DNA of 64,000 bases from Candidatus Parcubacteria bacterium (GTDB lineage Bacteria > Patescibacteriota > Minisyncoccia > UBA6257 > 2-01-FULL-56-20). This document shows positions 29,145-38,216 of the stretch, in pieces. The position numbers and the translations under genes were made by a program. Position 1 is the stretch's first letter. Every line of letters begins with the position of its first letter. Below the pieces are notes generated by a model. It was not told where the DNA came from. It was given only the letters and a program-made list of their open reading frames with translations, and searched no databases. The stretch is from assembly GCA_027355945.1 (NCBI GenBank), contig DAIEHA010000005.1, positions 3,067 to 67,066 of the forward strand, written 5' to 3'.

Positions 29145-30473
29145 TCAGCCCCTCGTGATGTCTGCGCCAAGCTGGCGAAGGCGCTCGTCGATGTGTTCAT
29201 ATCCGCGGTCGATCTCCTCTACCCCATCGATCTCCGAAACGCCCTTCGCAACAAGCGCCGCGAGGATGTCCACGATCCCCGAACGGAGGTCGCGCACCGT
29301 GAGATCCGTCGATTCGAGCGGCCGCGGTCCTTCGATCGAAGCGAAGTGCGGAAATCCCTTTCCCGAGAAACGACACGGGTCATCCGCCGGACAATCCGAT
29401 GAAACGGAGATCTTTGCACCCATCGCATTCAGGTCATTCGCGTATGCAAAACGATCCTCATAGATCGTCTCATGGATCGAGGATGTGCCGTTGGCCTGAG
29501 TAAGCAGCACCGCAAGCGGCTGCTGCCAATCGGTCATGAATCCTGGGTGGACATCGGTACGGATCGTGAGCGGAACGAGATCCCCGTCCTGATCCCCGTC
29601 GCCATCCCCCTTTTTCGTGCGCCAGAACGCAATGCCGTCCTCCGCGACCTCGAACTCCCCTCCGAGGCGCCGCACCGTATTGAGGAACGTGATCAGGTGT
29701 TCCTGAACCGCGCCTTTGAGCTTAATCCTGCCGTCCGTCGCGATCGCAAGGCAGGCGAACGAGACCGCTTCATTGCGATCGGGCATCACGCGATGCGTCG
29801 TGCCGTGGAGCGCGCGCACGCCTTCGATCGTGATCGTCCGCGGAGGCGAAAGCTCGACGATCGCACCCATCTTCTGCAGCAATTTCACAAGATCGATGAT
29901 CTCTGGCTCGAGGGCCGCGTTCCTGATCACCGTCCTTCCCTGTGCAAGCACCGCGGCAAGCATGATATTCTCCGTCGCCCCTACACTGGGGAAGCGAAGA
30001 TCTATCTCCGCACCGCGCAGCCCTCCGTCAGGCGCCCATGCACGGAAGCTTGTCGGCGTCACCTCGATCCTCGCTCCCAGTTTCTCGAACCCCGAAAGAT
30101 GGATATCCACCGGCCGCGGCCCTATTTTATCGCCCCCAAGCACCGGCACCTCGGCCTCGCCGGTCCGCGCAAGAAGCGGTCCGAGCGCGAGGATCGGAAT
30201 ACGGTTCTTCCTTGAAAGCTGCGTGACGCGGTTGTTCTTGATCACCGGCGTCGCGACGCTTGCCGTAGGACCTGCGATCTCCGTCTCGGTGCCGATGGAA
30301 CGCAGAAGTTCATAGACGATCTCAAGCTCACCGATCGCCGGAACACTCTTAAAGATGCATCGCTCCTCGGTGAGCAGCGATGCCACGAACATCTTCGATG
30401 CCGCATTTTTTGCGCCCGCGATCACCACCTCCCCGAAAAGCGGTTTGCCTCCTTTAACGATAAATTTTGCCAT
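29145..30473 (-). CDS. murA: UDP-N-acetylglucosamine 1-carboxyvinyltransferase (Asp115 variant)
   Basis: GAKNA, GGDKIGPRPVDIH, SVGATEN, NAALEPEI, PGFMTDWQ, ETIYEDRF, DLRSG, IDRGYE. Confidence 0.95.
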   Translation of the reverse strand: MAKFIVKGGKPLFGEVVIAGAKNAASKMFVASLLTEERCIFKSVPAIGELEIVYELLRSIGTETEIAGPTASVATPVIKNNRVTQLSRKNRIPILALGPLLARTGEAEVPVLGGDKIGPRPVDIHLSGFEKLGARIEVTPTSFRAWAPDGGLRGAEIDLRFPSVGATENIMLAAVLAQGRTVIRNAALEPEIIDLVKLLQKMGAIVELSPPRTITIEGVRALHGTTHRVMPDRNEAVSFACLAIATDGRIKLKGAVQEHLITFLNTVRRLGGEFEVAEDGIAFWRTKKGDGDGDQDGDLVPLTIRTDVHPGFMTDWQQPLAVLLTQANGTSSIHETIYEDRFAYANDLNAMGAKISVSSDCPADDPCRFSGKGFPHFASIEGPRPLESTDLTVRDLRSGIVDILAALVAKGVSEIDGVEEIDRGYEHIDERLRQLGADITRG

Positions 30474-31881
30474 GGAGATACTCGCCGAGTTCAGCTTCCG
30501 GAATGCGCTCCTGCGCTCCCGTATCGCGGTCCCGCACGGTCACCGTACCTTTCTCCGAGGGGTCAGCGCTTTCGCCGAGGGTCCCGAAATCGATCGTGAT
30601 GCAGAACGGCGTCCCGATCTCATCCTGGGCATAATACCGTTTGCCGATATTGCCACGATCGTCCCATGCCACCGGAAAACGCGTACGAAGCCCGCCATAG
30701 ATCGCGCGCGCCCTTTCGACGAGCGCGGGTTTGTTCGCGAGAAGCGGGAACACGGCTGCTTTGTAGGGAGCGATCGCGGGCTTCAGTCTGAGATATGTGC
30801 GATCGCCGTCCTCCGTATACGCATCGAGCATGACCATCGCAAGAAGACGATTTATGCCGACCGCGGGCTCTATCACATGGGGCACGAACTTCCTGCCCGT
30901 CGCGGGATCGGTGTACGAAAGGTCCACACCGGAGGATTTCATATGCTGATTGAGATCGTAATCCGTCCGATATGCGAGTCCCCAAAGCTCCTTGAACCCG
31001 AACGGGAATCTGTATTCGAGGTCCTCGGTGCGCTTGCTATAGAAGCTCCGTTCCTCATCGCCATGTTCGCGCCATCGAAGGTTTTCCTTGCGTACGCCGA
31101 GCGCGCCCGTGATGAACGCCTCCATGTCCCTCTTCCATCCTTCGAAAAGCCCCTTCCAATCGGTCGTCTCGGGATCGAAAAAGTATTCTATCTCCGCCTG
31201 TTCGAACTCGAGCGTCCGGAATATGAAGTTCCCTTTCGTGATCTCGTTGCGGAAGCTTTTGCCAAGCTGTCCCACGCCGAACGGCATGCGGACCCTCGTG
31301 GAATCGATGATATTCTTGAATGCCACGAAGATGCCCTGGGCCGTCTCGCCTCGCAGATACACCTTCGATTGGGCCTCCGGCACGATCCCCACATGCGTCT
31401 CGAAAAGGAGGTTGAACTTGCGCACGGGTGTCCAGTCGAACGAGCCGCACACCGGACACTTGATCGCATTCTCCGCGATGATGGCATCCAATTCCGCCTC
31501 CTGCTTTCCTTCCACACTTACGCTCTCCTGCCGATCCGCGAAATGGTTCTCGATAAGATGGTCCGCGCGGGTGCGGGTATGGCACTTCTTGCATTCGATC
31601 ATCGCATCGGAGAATCCCGACACATGGCCCGATGCTTCCCATACTTTCGGATGGAGGATGATCGATGAATCAAGGCCCACCATGTCGCTTCGGCCATGGA
31701 TGAACGTCTTCCACCATTCGTTCTGGATGTTCCGCTTGAGCTCGGCGCCCACTGGTCCATATTCATAGGAATTCGCAAGACCTCCGTAGATCTCCGATCC
31801 CGGGTACACGAATCCGCGCCGCTTCGAAAGTGCTACGATCTTTTCCATGAGATTGTCCTCCGTTCCTTTCGCGTTTGCCAT
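30454..31881 (-). CDS. glyQS: Glycine--tRNA ligase, alpha2 (homodimeric) type
   Basis: KRRGFVYPGSEIYGG, ASGH, LRGETAQGIF, FRNEIT..NFIFRTLEFEQ, ELWGLAYRTDYDL, PHVIEPAVG, IGKRY..QDEIGTP. Confidence 0.95.
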   Translation of the reverse strand: MANAKGTEDNLMEKIVALSKRRGFVYPGSEIYGGLANSYEYGPVGAELKRNIQNEWWKTFIHGRSDMVGLDSSIILHPKVWEASGHVSGFSDAMIECKKCHTRTRADHLIENHFADRQESVSVEGKQEAELDAIIAENAIKCPVCGSFDWTPVRKFNLLFETHVGIVPEAQSKVYLRGETAQGIFVAFKNIIDSTRVRMPFGVGQLGKSFRNEITKGNFIFRTLEFEQAEIEYFFDPETTDWKGLFEGWKRDMEAFITGALGVRKENLRWREHGDEERSFYSKRTEDLEYRFPFGFKELWGLAYRTDYDLNQHMKSSGVDLSYTDPATGRKFVPHVIEPAVGINRLLAMVMLDAYTEDGDRTYLRLKPAIAPYKAAVFPLLANKPALVERARAIYGGLRTRFPVAWDDRGNIGKRYYAQDEIGTPFCITIDFGTLGESADPSEKGTVTVRDRDTGAQERIPEAELGEYLHGKIYR

Positions 31882-31921
31882 GTATGATGATTCGTTCGTT
31901 TTTTGTATGTCCGGCGTCGTA

Positions 31922-33859
31922 CTACTGCGTCACCGTTCTCGCACTTCCTCCCGCGAGCGACGGCTCATTCGGCAGCGCGGTCGTCACGGGGTCGGTCGTG
32001 ATGGAGAACGATCCCCCGGTCCAGGCATCGTTTGCGGCGAGGGTTGCCTTGCCGAGAAGGGTCACATCGCTGCCTACCTGGTTCACTGCGGGGATATTGC
32101 TGACGGTGAACTGGGCCTCCACGGGAGCATCGGTGATGCCCGTCGTCGCCGGGATGAACGGGATTGTCCAGGTGACGAGGCCGGTGCCCGGATCGTATAC
32201 GGGCACCGATGCGGTCCCCGTGCTTGATGCGGCGCCGATGAACGACGTCCCGGACTGGAGATATGCCGATACGGTGACGCTCGAGGCATCCGTCGCATAA
32301 TTCGTGATCTTCCAGTCGATGCCGTACTGCGATCCCTGATTCACCTTCGGCGGATACGGTCCGGAAAGCCAGTGTCCTTCCGAGACGAACGCCATCTGGC
32401 CCGCGATCTTGTTCGATATCCTCACCACGGAGACCGTGCTCGATCCCGATGCACCTGGTATGACCGTGGGCGATTCTATCCTTCCCGTGACGGATATCGA
32501 ATAATCCTTGTCGCTTGGAAGCCGGATCGGGAAGGATGAAAGCGTCTTGATGTTGAACGATACCGATCCCGTTTGCCCCGGCGCAAGCGATGCGAGCGCG
32601 GGAGCGTTCGCGGCATACCAGGTGATCGTATTCGTCCGCGAATCGAACGCGCCCGACGTCTCGAGCGATCCGAAATCATACATGCGCCCGGAGAGCGCCG
32701 CAGCGATCTTCACGCTCGAAAGCGTCACGGCGGAATTGTTCGTATACGTGAGCGTATAGCTCAGGCTGTCACCGACCTTCGAAACATATTCGCTGCTGCC
32801 ATTCACGCTCAAGGAAAGCGCAAGCGGAGAAGGTACGAGGGTGAAGTTCACCGTCTGCGCATTCGCCGCATACTGCCGCCCATCGAGCGCGGTATAGGCG
32901 GTCCCTTGGAACTGGTACTGGGCCTGCGACGGCCCCACGATCGCGCCCGTGACAACGAAGGAACCTCCCTGTCCCGGGGCGAGCGTACCGACATCCCACG
33001 TACCCGAGGAGAGCCCCGCCACGGTGCCCGTCGCCACCGGAATGCTGCTTGTTGCGAATGTATATGCAGGAGGATATCCAAGTACGATGCGCGCATCCTG
33101 GATAGGCTGCCCTCCGTTGTTCGCATAGGTCACCGCGACCGGGAAGCTCTGTCCACTCACGATGTTCGTCGGCGCAGAATAGCCGAGACTGAATGTCGAG
33201 GGCCCCGGCGTGATGCTCGTGGCCTGATCGGATTCATAGGTCGTCGAAGGGGTCTCCGGGGTGCTGTAGAGAAGCTTGGCGGAGATGGCATACATCTGGG
33301 AAGGGGGGCCCGTCACAATGACCGTCGAACTCTGCGACGCGACCGCACCGGAAGCGATGTCCCCAAGGGAATATTCCTGCACCTGGGTCGAGGGACCGTT
33401 CCCCACGAACTCGATGCCTTGCGGCAGCTGTACGGCCACGACGGCACCCGAAAGGTCCGTCCTCGAATCGTTCGCGGCGCCGAGCGAAAGTGTGAACGGC
33501 ACGCCGACCACCACGCCCGGAGGCGGTGTGATCGTGAATGTCGTCGCCGGCTGGGACGGAGGCTTCAGATAGGCCACGAGAGCGACCGCGACAACCCCTA
33601 TGACCGCGATGCCGATCGCAAAAAGCAAAAGACCCCACCTGCTCATGAATGAACGGCGGTGCGGCGGGCGGATCGTAAGCGTCTCATGCCTCGGTTCCGA
33701 TGGATCCTCCCCTTTCGGTGCGTCAGGTCCGGCGCCTTCGCGCGGATCCGCCCCCGATTCAGATGCCTGCGTCCTCGCTTCGGTCCTGGATCGGGCCGTT
33801 CGGGGCAAATTCGGATTTTCCTTGCTCGTCCATATTCCGTTCGGATTGTAAGGGGACAT
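31922..33859 (-). CDS. Large single-TM protein with tandem Ig-like (DUF11-like) domains
   Basis: TM helix then beta-rich repeats (LP.G..F, WDVGTLAPG, YTLTYTN, ITW...LAPG, VTWTI). Confidence 0.8.
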   Translation of the reverse strand: MSPYNPNGIWTSKENPNLPRTARSRTEARTQASESGADPREGAGPDAPKGEDPSEPRHETLTIRPPHRRSFMSRWGLLLFAIGIAVIGVVAVALVAYLKPPSQPATTFTITPPPGVVVGVPFTLSLGAANDSRTDLSGAVVAVQLPQGIEFVGNGPSTQVQEYSLGDIASGAVASQSSTVIVTGPPSQMYAISAKLLYSTPETPSTTYESDQATSITPGPSTFSLGYSAPTNIVSGQSFPVAVTYANNGGQPIQDARIVLGYPPAYTFATSSIPVATGTVAGLSSGTWDVGTLAPGQGGSFVVTGAIVGPSQAQYQFQGTAYTALDGRQYAANAQTVNFTLVPSPLALSLSVNGSSEYVSKVGDSLSYTLTYTNNSAVTLSSVKIAAALSGRMYDFGSLETSGAFDSRTNTITWYAANAPALASLAPGQTGSVSFNIKTLSSFPIRLPSDKDYSISVTGRIESPTVIPGASGSSTVSVVRISNKIAGQMAFVSEGHWLSGPYPPKVNQGSQYGIDWKITNYATDASSVTVSAYLQSGTSFIGAASSTGTASVPVYDPGTGLVTWTIPFIPATTGITDAPVEAQFTVSNIPAVNQVGSDVTLLGKATLAANDAWTGGSFSITTDPVTTALPNEPSLAGGSARTVTQ

Positions 33860-34361
33860 GTAAGGATATTACCGCATTTTGCCTCATTATTGAAGGGAGT
33901 TTGCGCACGCAGGACGCGCAGAAGAAATCCTGCCGTGAAATATAAAAATATGCCCCTGGCCGGATCCCACATGCGCCGCATACGGCATCCTCCGGATCCC
34001 AGCCGAGCACCGCAAGCGCGGCATGCCACGAAAAGCGCCCTTCGATGACCATACGCCAAAGTTCCGGTTCGGGCTGGCCATCCGGAAGCATCATTGCGAG
34101 ACGATCGAGCGCCGTAAACGGAAGGCCTGCGTTCCGCTCCTTCAACGCATCGATGATCTGAGTTCCGTGGACCTCCACGAAACGAACCTTGAGCAGCGTT
34201 CCCGGTTCAAGGTGAGGCGCGAGTTTCGAGGTTATCTTCCGCGAGCTCTTCGTCCTCCCCGCCATCTTACCGAAGCGTTCCGTAAAAAGTACGTAGCGGC
34301 CATCGCTATCGCCCTGGGGATATTTGCGGAGCGAAACCGCTGCGGTCACGTATTCCTGCAT
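33759..34361 (-). CDS. recO: DNA repair protein RecO (short form with Zn finger)
   Basis: DSDGRYVLFTERFGK...RK..SKLAPHLEP OB fold; LGW.P...CGACG...FFCASC. Confidence 0.85.
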   Translation of the reverse strand: MQEYVTAAVSLRKYPQGDSDGRYVLFTERFGKMAGRTKSSRKITSKLAPHLEPGTLLKVRFVEVHGTQIIDALKERNAGLPFTALDRLAMMLPDGQPEPELWRMVIEGRFSWHAALAVLGWDPEDAVCGACGIRPGAYFYISRQDFFCASCVRKLPSIMRQNAVISLHVPLQSERNMDEQGKSEFAPNGPIQDRSEDAGI

Positions 34362-34451
34362 ACGTGGCCATTGTAGCATATAATGCATACATGCCCTCGT
34401 GGCAGTATCGCTGAAAAAAACGCCTCCCTCATAGCGGGAACATCGAAAAAA

Positions 34452-35333
34452 ATGATCACCGTATCCCAGGCAATCATCCTCGGACTCACCCAGGGAATCT
34501 CCGAACTTTTCCCCATTTCAAGCCTTGGCCACAGCGTGCTCCTGCCGGGATTGCTTGGCTGGAACATCGATCAGCATGCGGAATCATTCCTGGAGTTCCT
34601 CGTCGCAACGCACCTTGCGACCGCGATCGTCCTTTTCATCATTTATTTCAAAGATTGGGTGAGGATCATCAAAGGAATGCTCCGATCCCTTGCCGCGCGG
34701 GAAATAGGCGATGCGGATCCGGACGCAAAGCTCGGCTGGCTCCTTGTCGTAAGCACCATTCCTGCCGGCTTCATCGGCCTCCTCTTGAAGGACCAGATCC
34801 GGGGATTCCTTCTCTCCCCACGGTCCGCCGCTTCATTCCTCATCCTGAACGGCTTGCTTCTCCTCGCCGCCGAATGGATACGGGTGCGCGCCCTCCGCAG
34901 GGGCAGCACCGCGATAGATATCGTCGAACACACCGAGGAGAACGACCATCGCATCGCCTGCCGCCTTTCATGGAGGCAATCGTTCAATGTAGGGATCATG
35001 CAGGTCCTTGCCCTGCTCCCGGGGTTTTCCCGTACCGGCACCACGCTTTCCGGGTCCCTTATGGCGGGACTCTCCCACGAGGACGCGCTTCGTTATTCCT
35101 TCCTGCTTGCAACCCCGATCATCGGCGCCGCGGCCCTCCTTGAGATCCCTCCGCTCCTCGCCTCCCACAACGGGTCCCTTATCGCCGCCTCGCTATGGGG
35201 GGCGGGATTCGCCGCATTCGGCGCCTGGTTTGCCGTGCGATTCCTCACCCGCCATTTCAAGACACACACGCTCCGGCCATTTGCCTTTTACTGCCTCGCC
35301 ATCGGGATCATAGGCCTTCTCGTGATCCGCTGA
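34452..35333 (+). CDS. uppP: Undecaprenyl-diphosphate phosphatase
   Basis: QAIILGLTQGISELFPISSLGH, HLAT, TIPAG, ALLPGFSRTGTT, YSFLLATP. Confidence 0.93.
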   Translation: MITVSQAIILGLTQGISELFPISSLGHSVLLPGLLGWNIDQHAESFLEFLVATHLATAIVLFIIYFKDWVRIIKGMLRSLAAREIGDADPDAKLGWLLVVSTIPAGFIGLLLKDQIRGFLLSPRSAASFLILNGLLLLAAEWIRVRALRRGSTAIDIVEHTEENDHRIACRLSWRQSFNVGIMQVLALLPGFSRTGTTLSGSLMAGLSHEDALRYSFLLATPIIGAAALLEIPPLLASHNGSLIAASLWGAGFAAFGAWFAVRFLTRHFKTHTLRPFAFYCLAIGIIGLLVIR

Positions 35334-35381
35334 GAGGCCGGGCCTTCCGCGTCCCCTCTCTCAGTGCAGCCTTCCGGCCGA

Positions 35382-35606
35382 TCACTTTTTCTTCCCGCTT
35401 GCGAACCATGCGTAGATCAAGAGTCCCAATCCCACCACGAGCGCCGCGATCCCGTGCTTCACGTGGGGCGTCATCCTCGCTGCCGCATATCCAGGGATAT
35501 AAACGGGGAGCATATCTGCCGGCGTGATCCAGTAATAGACCGCCATACCGATACTTGCGAATCCCGCGATCACCGCGATCACGACCAACAATTTTTTCGT
35601 ATTCAT
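35382..35606 (-). CDS. Small 2-TM membrane protein
   Basis: TM-YWITPA..LP..IPG..-HVKHGIA-TM. Confidence 0.75.
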   Translation of the reverse strand: MNTKKLLVVIAVIAGFASIGMAVYYWITPADMLPVYIPGYAAARMTPHVKHGIAALVVGLGLLIYAWFASGKKK

Positions 35607-35667
35607 GGTCTCAGCCTAACATAATTGCGCGCGGCGACCAACCCTTTTTCGCCGGAGGGATCTTCCC

Positions 35668-35829
35668 TCACCTCAAGAACCTCATGGAAAAACCGAGGAA
35701 TACGAGGACTATGCCCGCATTCACCATCAATCGCTCCCAGAAGAAGTTCCTGAAGAAAAGCACATCGACCGCCACGATGACGGCCACCATGAGCGCAACG
35801 ACAACGGCAATGGCAAGGGAATGGTTCAT
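35668..35829 (-). CDS. Small 2-TM membrane protein (53 aa; below the ORF-track cutoff)
   Basis: MNHSLAIAVVVALMVAVIVAVDVLFFRNFFWERLMVNAGIVLVFLGFSMRFLR*; TATAAT shortly upstream. Confidence 0.75.
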   Translation of the reverse strand: MNHSLAIAVVVALMVAVIVAVDVLFFRNFFWERLMVNAGIVLVFLGFSMRFLR

Positions 35830-35934
35830 CACGATCATTATATCCTATTCCGCCACGACGCACGCGGGACCATGCCCGCGCGGTATCATTGACTTTATTA
35901 TGTTTATATAGTTAAATATCCCCGAGGGGGATAT

Positions 35935-36228
35935 ATGAGTTTGATGGTCTTTCTCTGCCTTTGCGGGATCTCCGCATTCGCGCTAGGTGTCATGGGTTCG
36001 TTCTTCAAATATAAATTCAGGATAGGATATGCGAGCATCGTCGTGGGAGCCCTCGCAGGCTTCACGCTCAATGCGCTATTCTCTCACCTGGATGCGAAGG
36101 TCGGCCTCCCCGGTGCGATGTTCTGGGGGGTGATCGTAGTATCCTGCATGTGGCTGTGCGCCCGGTTCGTTGGCTTCATGATATTCGACGTGCGATCGTA
36201 CAATGGACGGTCGCACGGAGATGTCTGA
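35935..36228 (+). CDS. Hypothetical 3-TM protein
   Basis: TTGACT/TATAGT-like promoter, GAGGGGG SD, hydrophobic helices. Confidence 0.65.
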   Translation: MSLMVFLCLCGISAFALGVMGSFFKYKFRIGYASIVVGALAGFTLNALFSHLDAKVGLPGAMFWGVIVVSCMWLCARFVGFMIFDVRSYNGRSHGDV

Positions 36229-36419
36229 TGCCCGAACCCCGCAGGACAGTACCATACCCTAGGGCGTTATGCGGCCGCCCCGAACGCCGCCATCACCAAG
36301 GTCATCACACGATGGCCTTTTATCTTTTTTCCCGGCCTCATTTCACGTTTGCGCGCGAGGACGAGAAGAAGAGCGCTTCGCTCCATTTTTTCGCAGCATA
36401 CGAGGACCCATGAGCCGTC

Positions 36420-37628
36420 TCATTTGAAGGCCGCGATCGCGCCGGCGAGATTGGCGTCTCCCGGAACCGTCCATTGGGGACTGTTCGCCGCCGTGCTTGT
36501 CGCAATGAGATATGCCACGCCGCCATCCATGTCATTCCCATCATGGAGGATGTCCGTGATCGTGAATCCGCCGGTGATCGCGGAGGTCGATGCCGCGGAA
36601 CCGGCGCTTGCATATGCCGCAATAAGCAAGGTTCCCGCCTGCGATGGCGTGACGGTTCCCGGAACTATCGACCCCGTCGACGCAATGCCGCCCTGATCGC
36701 TTCCCGCCGCGAGCGGATCGCTCGTGCTCACCACCCCGGAGAACGCGTCCACGGAGATCCCCTCGTACACCTGCGGGCTGCAGTTGAACGTATCGCTCGC
36801 CCCCGTAAGGGCGTTATATGCATAAAAGAACTGGATCCAGCCGTAGGTGTTCGTTCCGGAGCCATATGTGGTCAATGCATGCCAGGTATTGCCTCCGCTG
36901 TCCGTGACCAGCGTGGAGGTAGGGGCATAGTAATAGCAGGCGACGATAAGGAAATCTGCGCCAAGGGTGTTCGCGGTCACCGTGGGCGTGCTCAGATTGC
37001 TGCCGTGGCTTACGAGGGCTATGGGCGCCAGGCTGCCGGGCGCCATGGAATAATCGACGGGCAAAAGCGTCGTCGCAGTCCCCTGTTCATATAAATTGGC
37101 GTATTGCCCCCCATCCCCCGCGGCGATCGAGGCGTATTTCTGCGACTCCATGCTTGCGGTGAGCTCATACCTCAATCCATTCGTCGCATACGTATAATAG
37201 AGACCCGAACTCGTCGTATTGACGGGGTCCACGGGAAGCGATCCAAAGGGACTTCCTGATGAGATATTGCGGAAATCGAGCAGTAACCATCCGGAACCGC
37301 CTATACCGCGATATCCCGCGCTCCCGCTGCACGAGTAGGCATAATTCGCAGGAAGGGCGATGAGGCCGAGATCTCCGCAGGTACTGCTTGCCGAGGGAAG
37401 GTCCGTGTAGATGACCGATGAGGTTCCGAGACCTCCTGCTGAGATATCCGTCTGATAGATGCCTATTGCCGAATTCAATGTCGCAAGATCGGATACCCGG
37501 TTCGCATCCCGTGATTGCGCAAGCAATTGGGCGGGATTCAGGACGAGGACCACGACGACTGCGAGGATCGCGATGATCGCGATCACGACGAGAAGCTCGA
37601 TGAGGGTGAAGGCCCTACGAGAGTGCAT
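36420..37628 (-). CDS. Type IV prepilin-like protein with non-LamG beta-rich C-terminal domain (copy C)
   Basis: Same N-terminus and GSPFGSLPVDPVN scaffold as copies A and B; C-terminal domain with VTDSGGNTW, T.SQAGTLLIA. Confidence 0.88.
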   Translation of the reverse strand: MHSRRAFTLIELLVVIAIIAILAVVVVLVLNPAQLLAQSRDANRVSDLATLNSAIGIYQTDISAGGLGTSSVIYTDLPSASSTCGDLGLIALPANYAYSCSGSAGYRGIGGSGWLLLDFRNISSGSPFGSLPVDPVNTTSSGLYYTYATNGLRYELTASMESQKYASIAAGDGGQYANLYEQGTATTLLPVDYSMAPGSLAPIALVSHGSNLSTPTVTANTLGADFLIVACYYYAPTSTLVTDSGGNTWHALTTYGSGTNTYGWIQFFYAYNALTGASDTFNCSPQVYEGISVDAFSGVVSTSDPLAAGSDQGGIASTGSIVPGTVTPSQAGTLLIAAYASAGSAASTSAITGGFTITDILHDGNDMDGGVAYLIATSTAANSPQWTVPGDANLAGAIAAFK

Positions 37629-37718
37629 GGTCTCATTATACCAGACACAGGGTTCCCCCTTTCCGAAGAATTTTGAAACGGATCCCTTGGAGGCATCGCC
37701 TCCTCACAGCCTTTCTTG

Positions 37719-37802
37719 TGCGTCGGGTAGGATTCGAACCTACGTAGCCCAATGGGCGACAGATTTACAGTCTGTTGCGATTGACCGCTCCGCCACCGAC
37801 GC
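37719..37802 (-). tRNA. tRNA-Tyr (GTA)
   Basis: GCGTCGG/CCGACGC acceptor stem, ACAGA-CTGTAAA-TCTGT anticodon arm, long variable arm, GGTTCGAATCC; CCA not encoded. Confidence 0.96.
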
Positions 37803-37804
37803 GT

Positions 37805-38161
37805 TTATTGCTTCAAAGAAGATCCTTCCTCTTTGTCCTCCATATTCTGCCCTGAAAGCTCTTTGAAATCAATGTTCGTATTCGCATGGTGCTCCTGAGG
37901 CTGCACCTTCCGGAGTCCTTTCGCGATGGAATTGTCGATCTTCAGCACCACTACCTTCGCACGGCGGAGGAATTTCATGAGAAAATTCCCGAACGCGGCA
38001 TCGATCCTCTCAGGAATCTCGGAGTGGGCCCAGCGCTCGATGAAGTTCTTCGCATCCGCCTCGACCCCCGATTCCTCGACGCGCGGCAACGCCCGCACGG
38101 CGACGTAAAGCATTGCGCCAAGGCACACCATGAGTACGAGCGAAAATATGAATTCCACCAT
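37805..38161 (-). CDS. Hypothetical single-TM protein
   Basis: N-terminal TM, RALPRV, K.LRR.KVVVLK.DN; TGATAGAAT 6 nt upstream. Confidence 0.75.
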   Translation of the reverse strand: MVEFIFSLVLMVCLGAMLYVAVRALPRVEESGVEADAKNFIERWAHSEIPERIDAAFGNFLMKFLRRAKVVVLKIDNSIAKGLRKVQPQEHHANTNIDFKELSGQNMEDKEEGSSLKQ

Positions 38162-38216
38162 ACGAAGATTCTATCAGAATATGCGAGGGCTTTCCATCGG
38201 AATCCGTTCTCCGGAC

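Noticed and set aside
21645-37616. Repeated 56-mer as a CRISPR repeat or IS end
   Set aside because: It is in-frame coding sequence of prepilin signal peptides, with no regular spacers, cas genes or transposase
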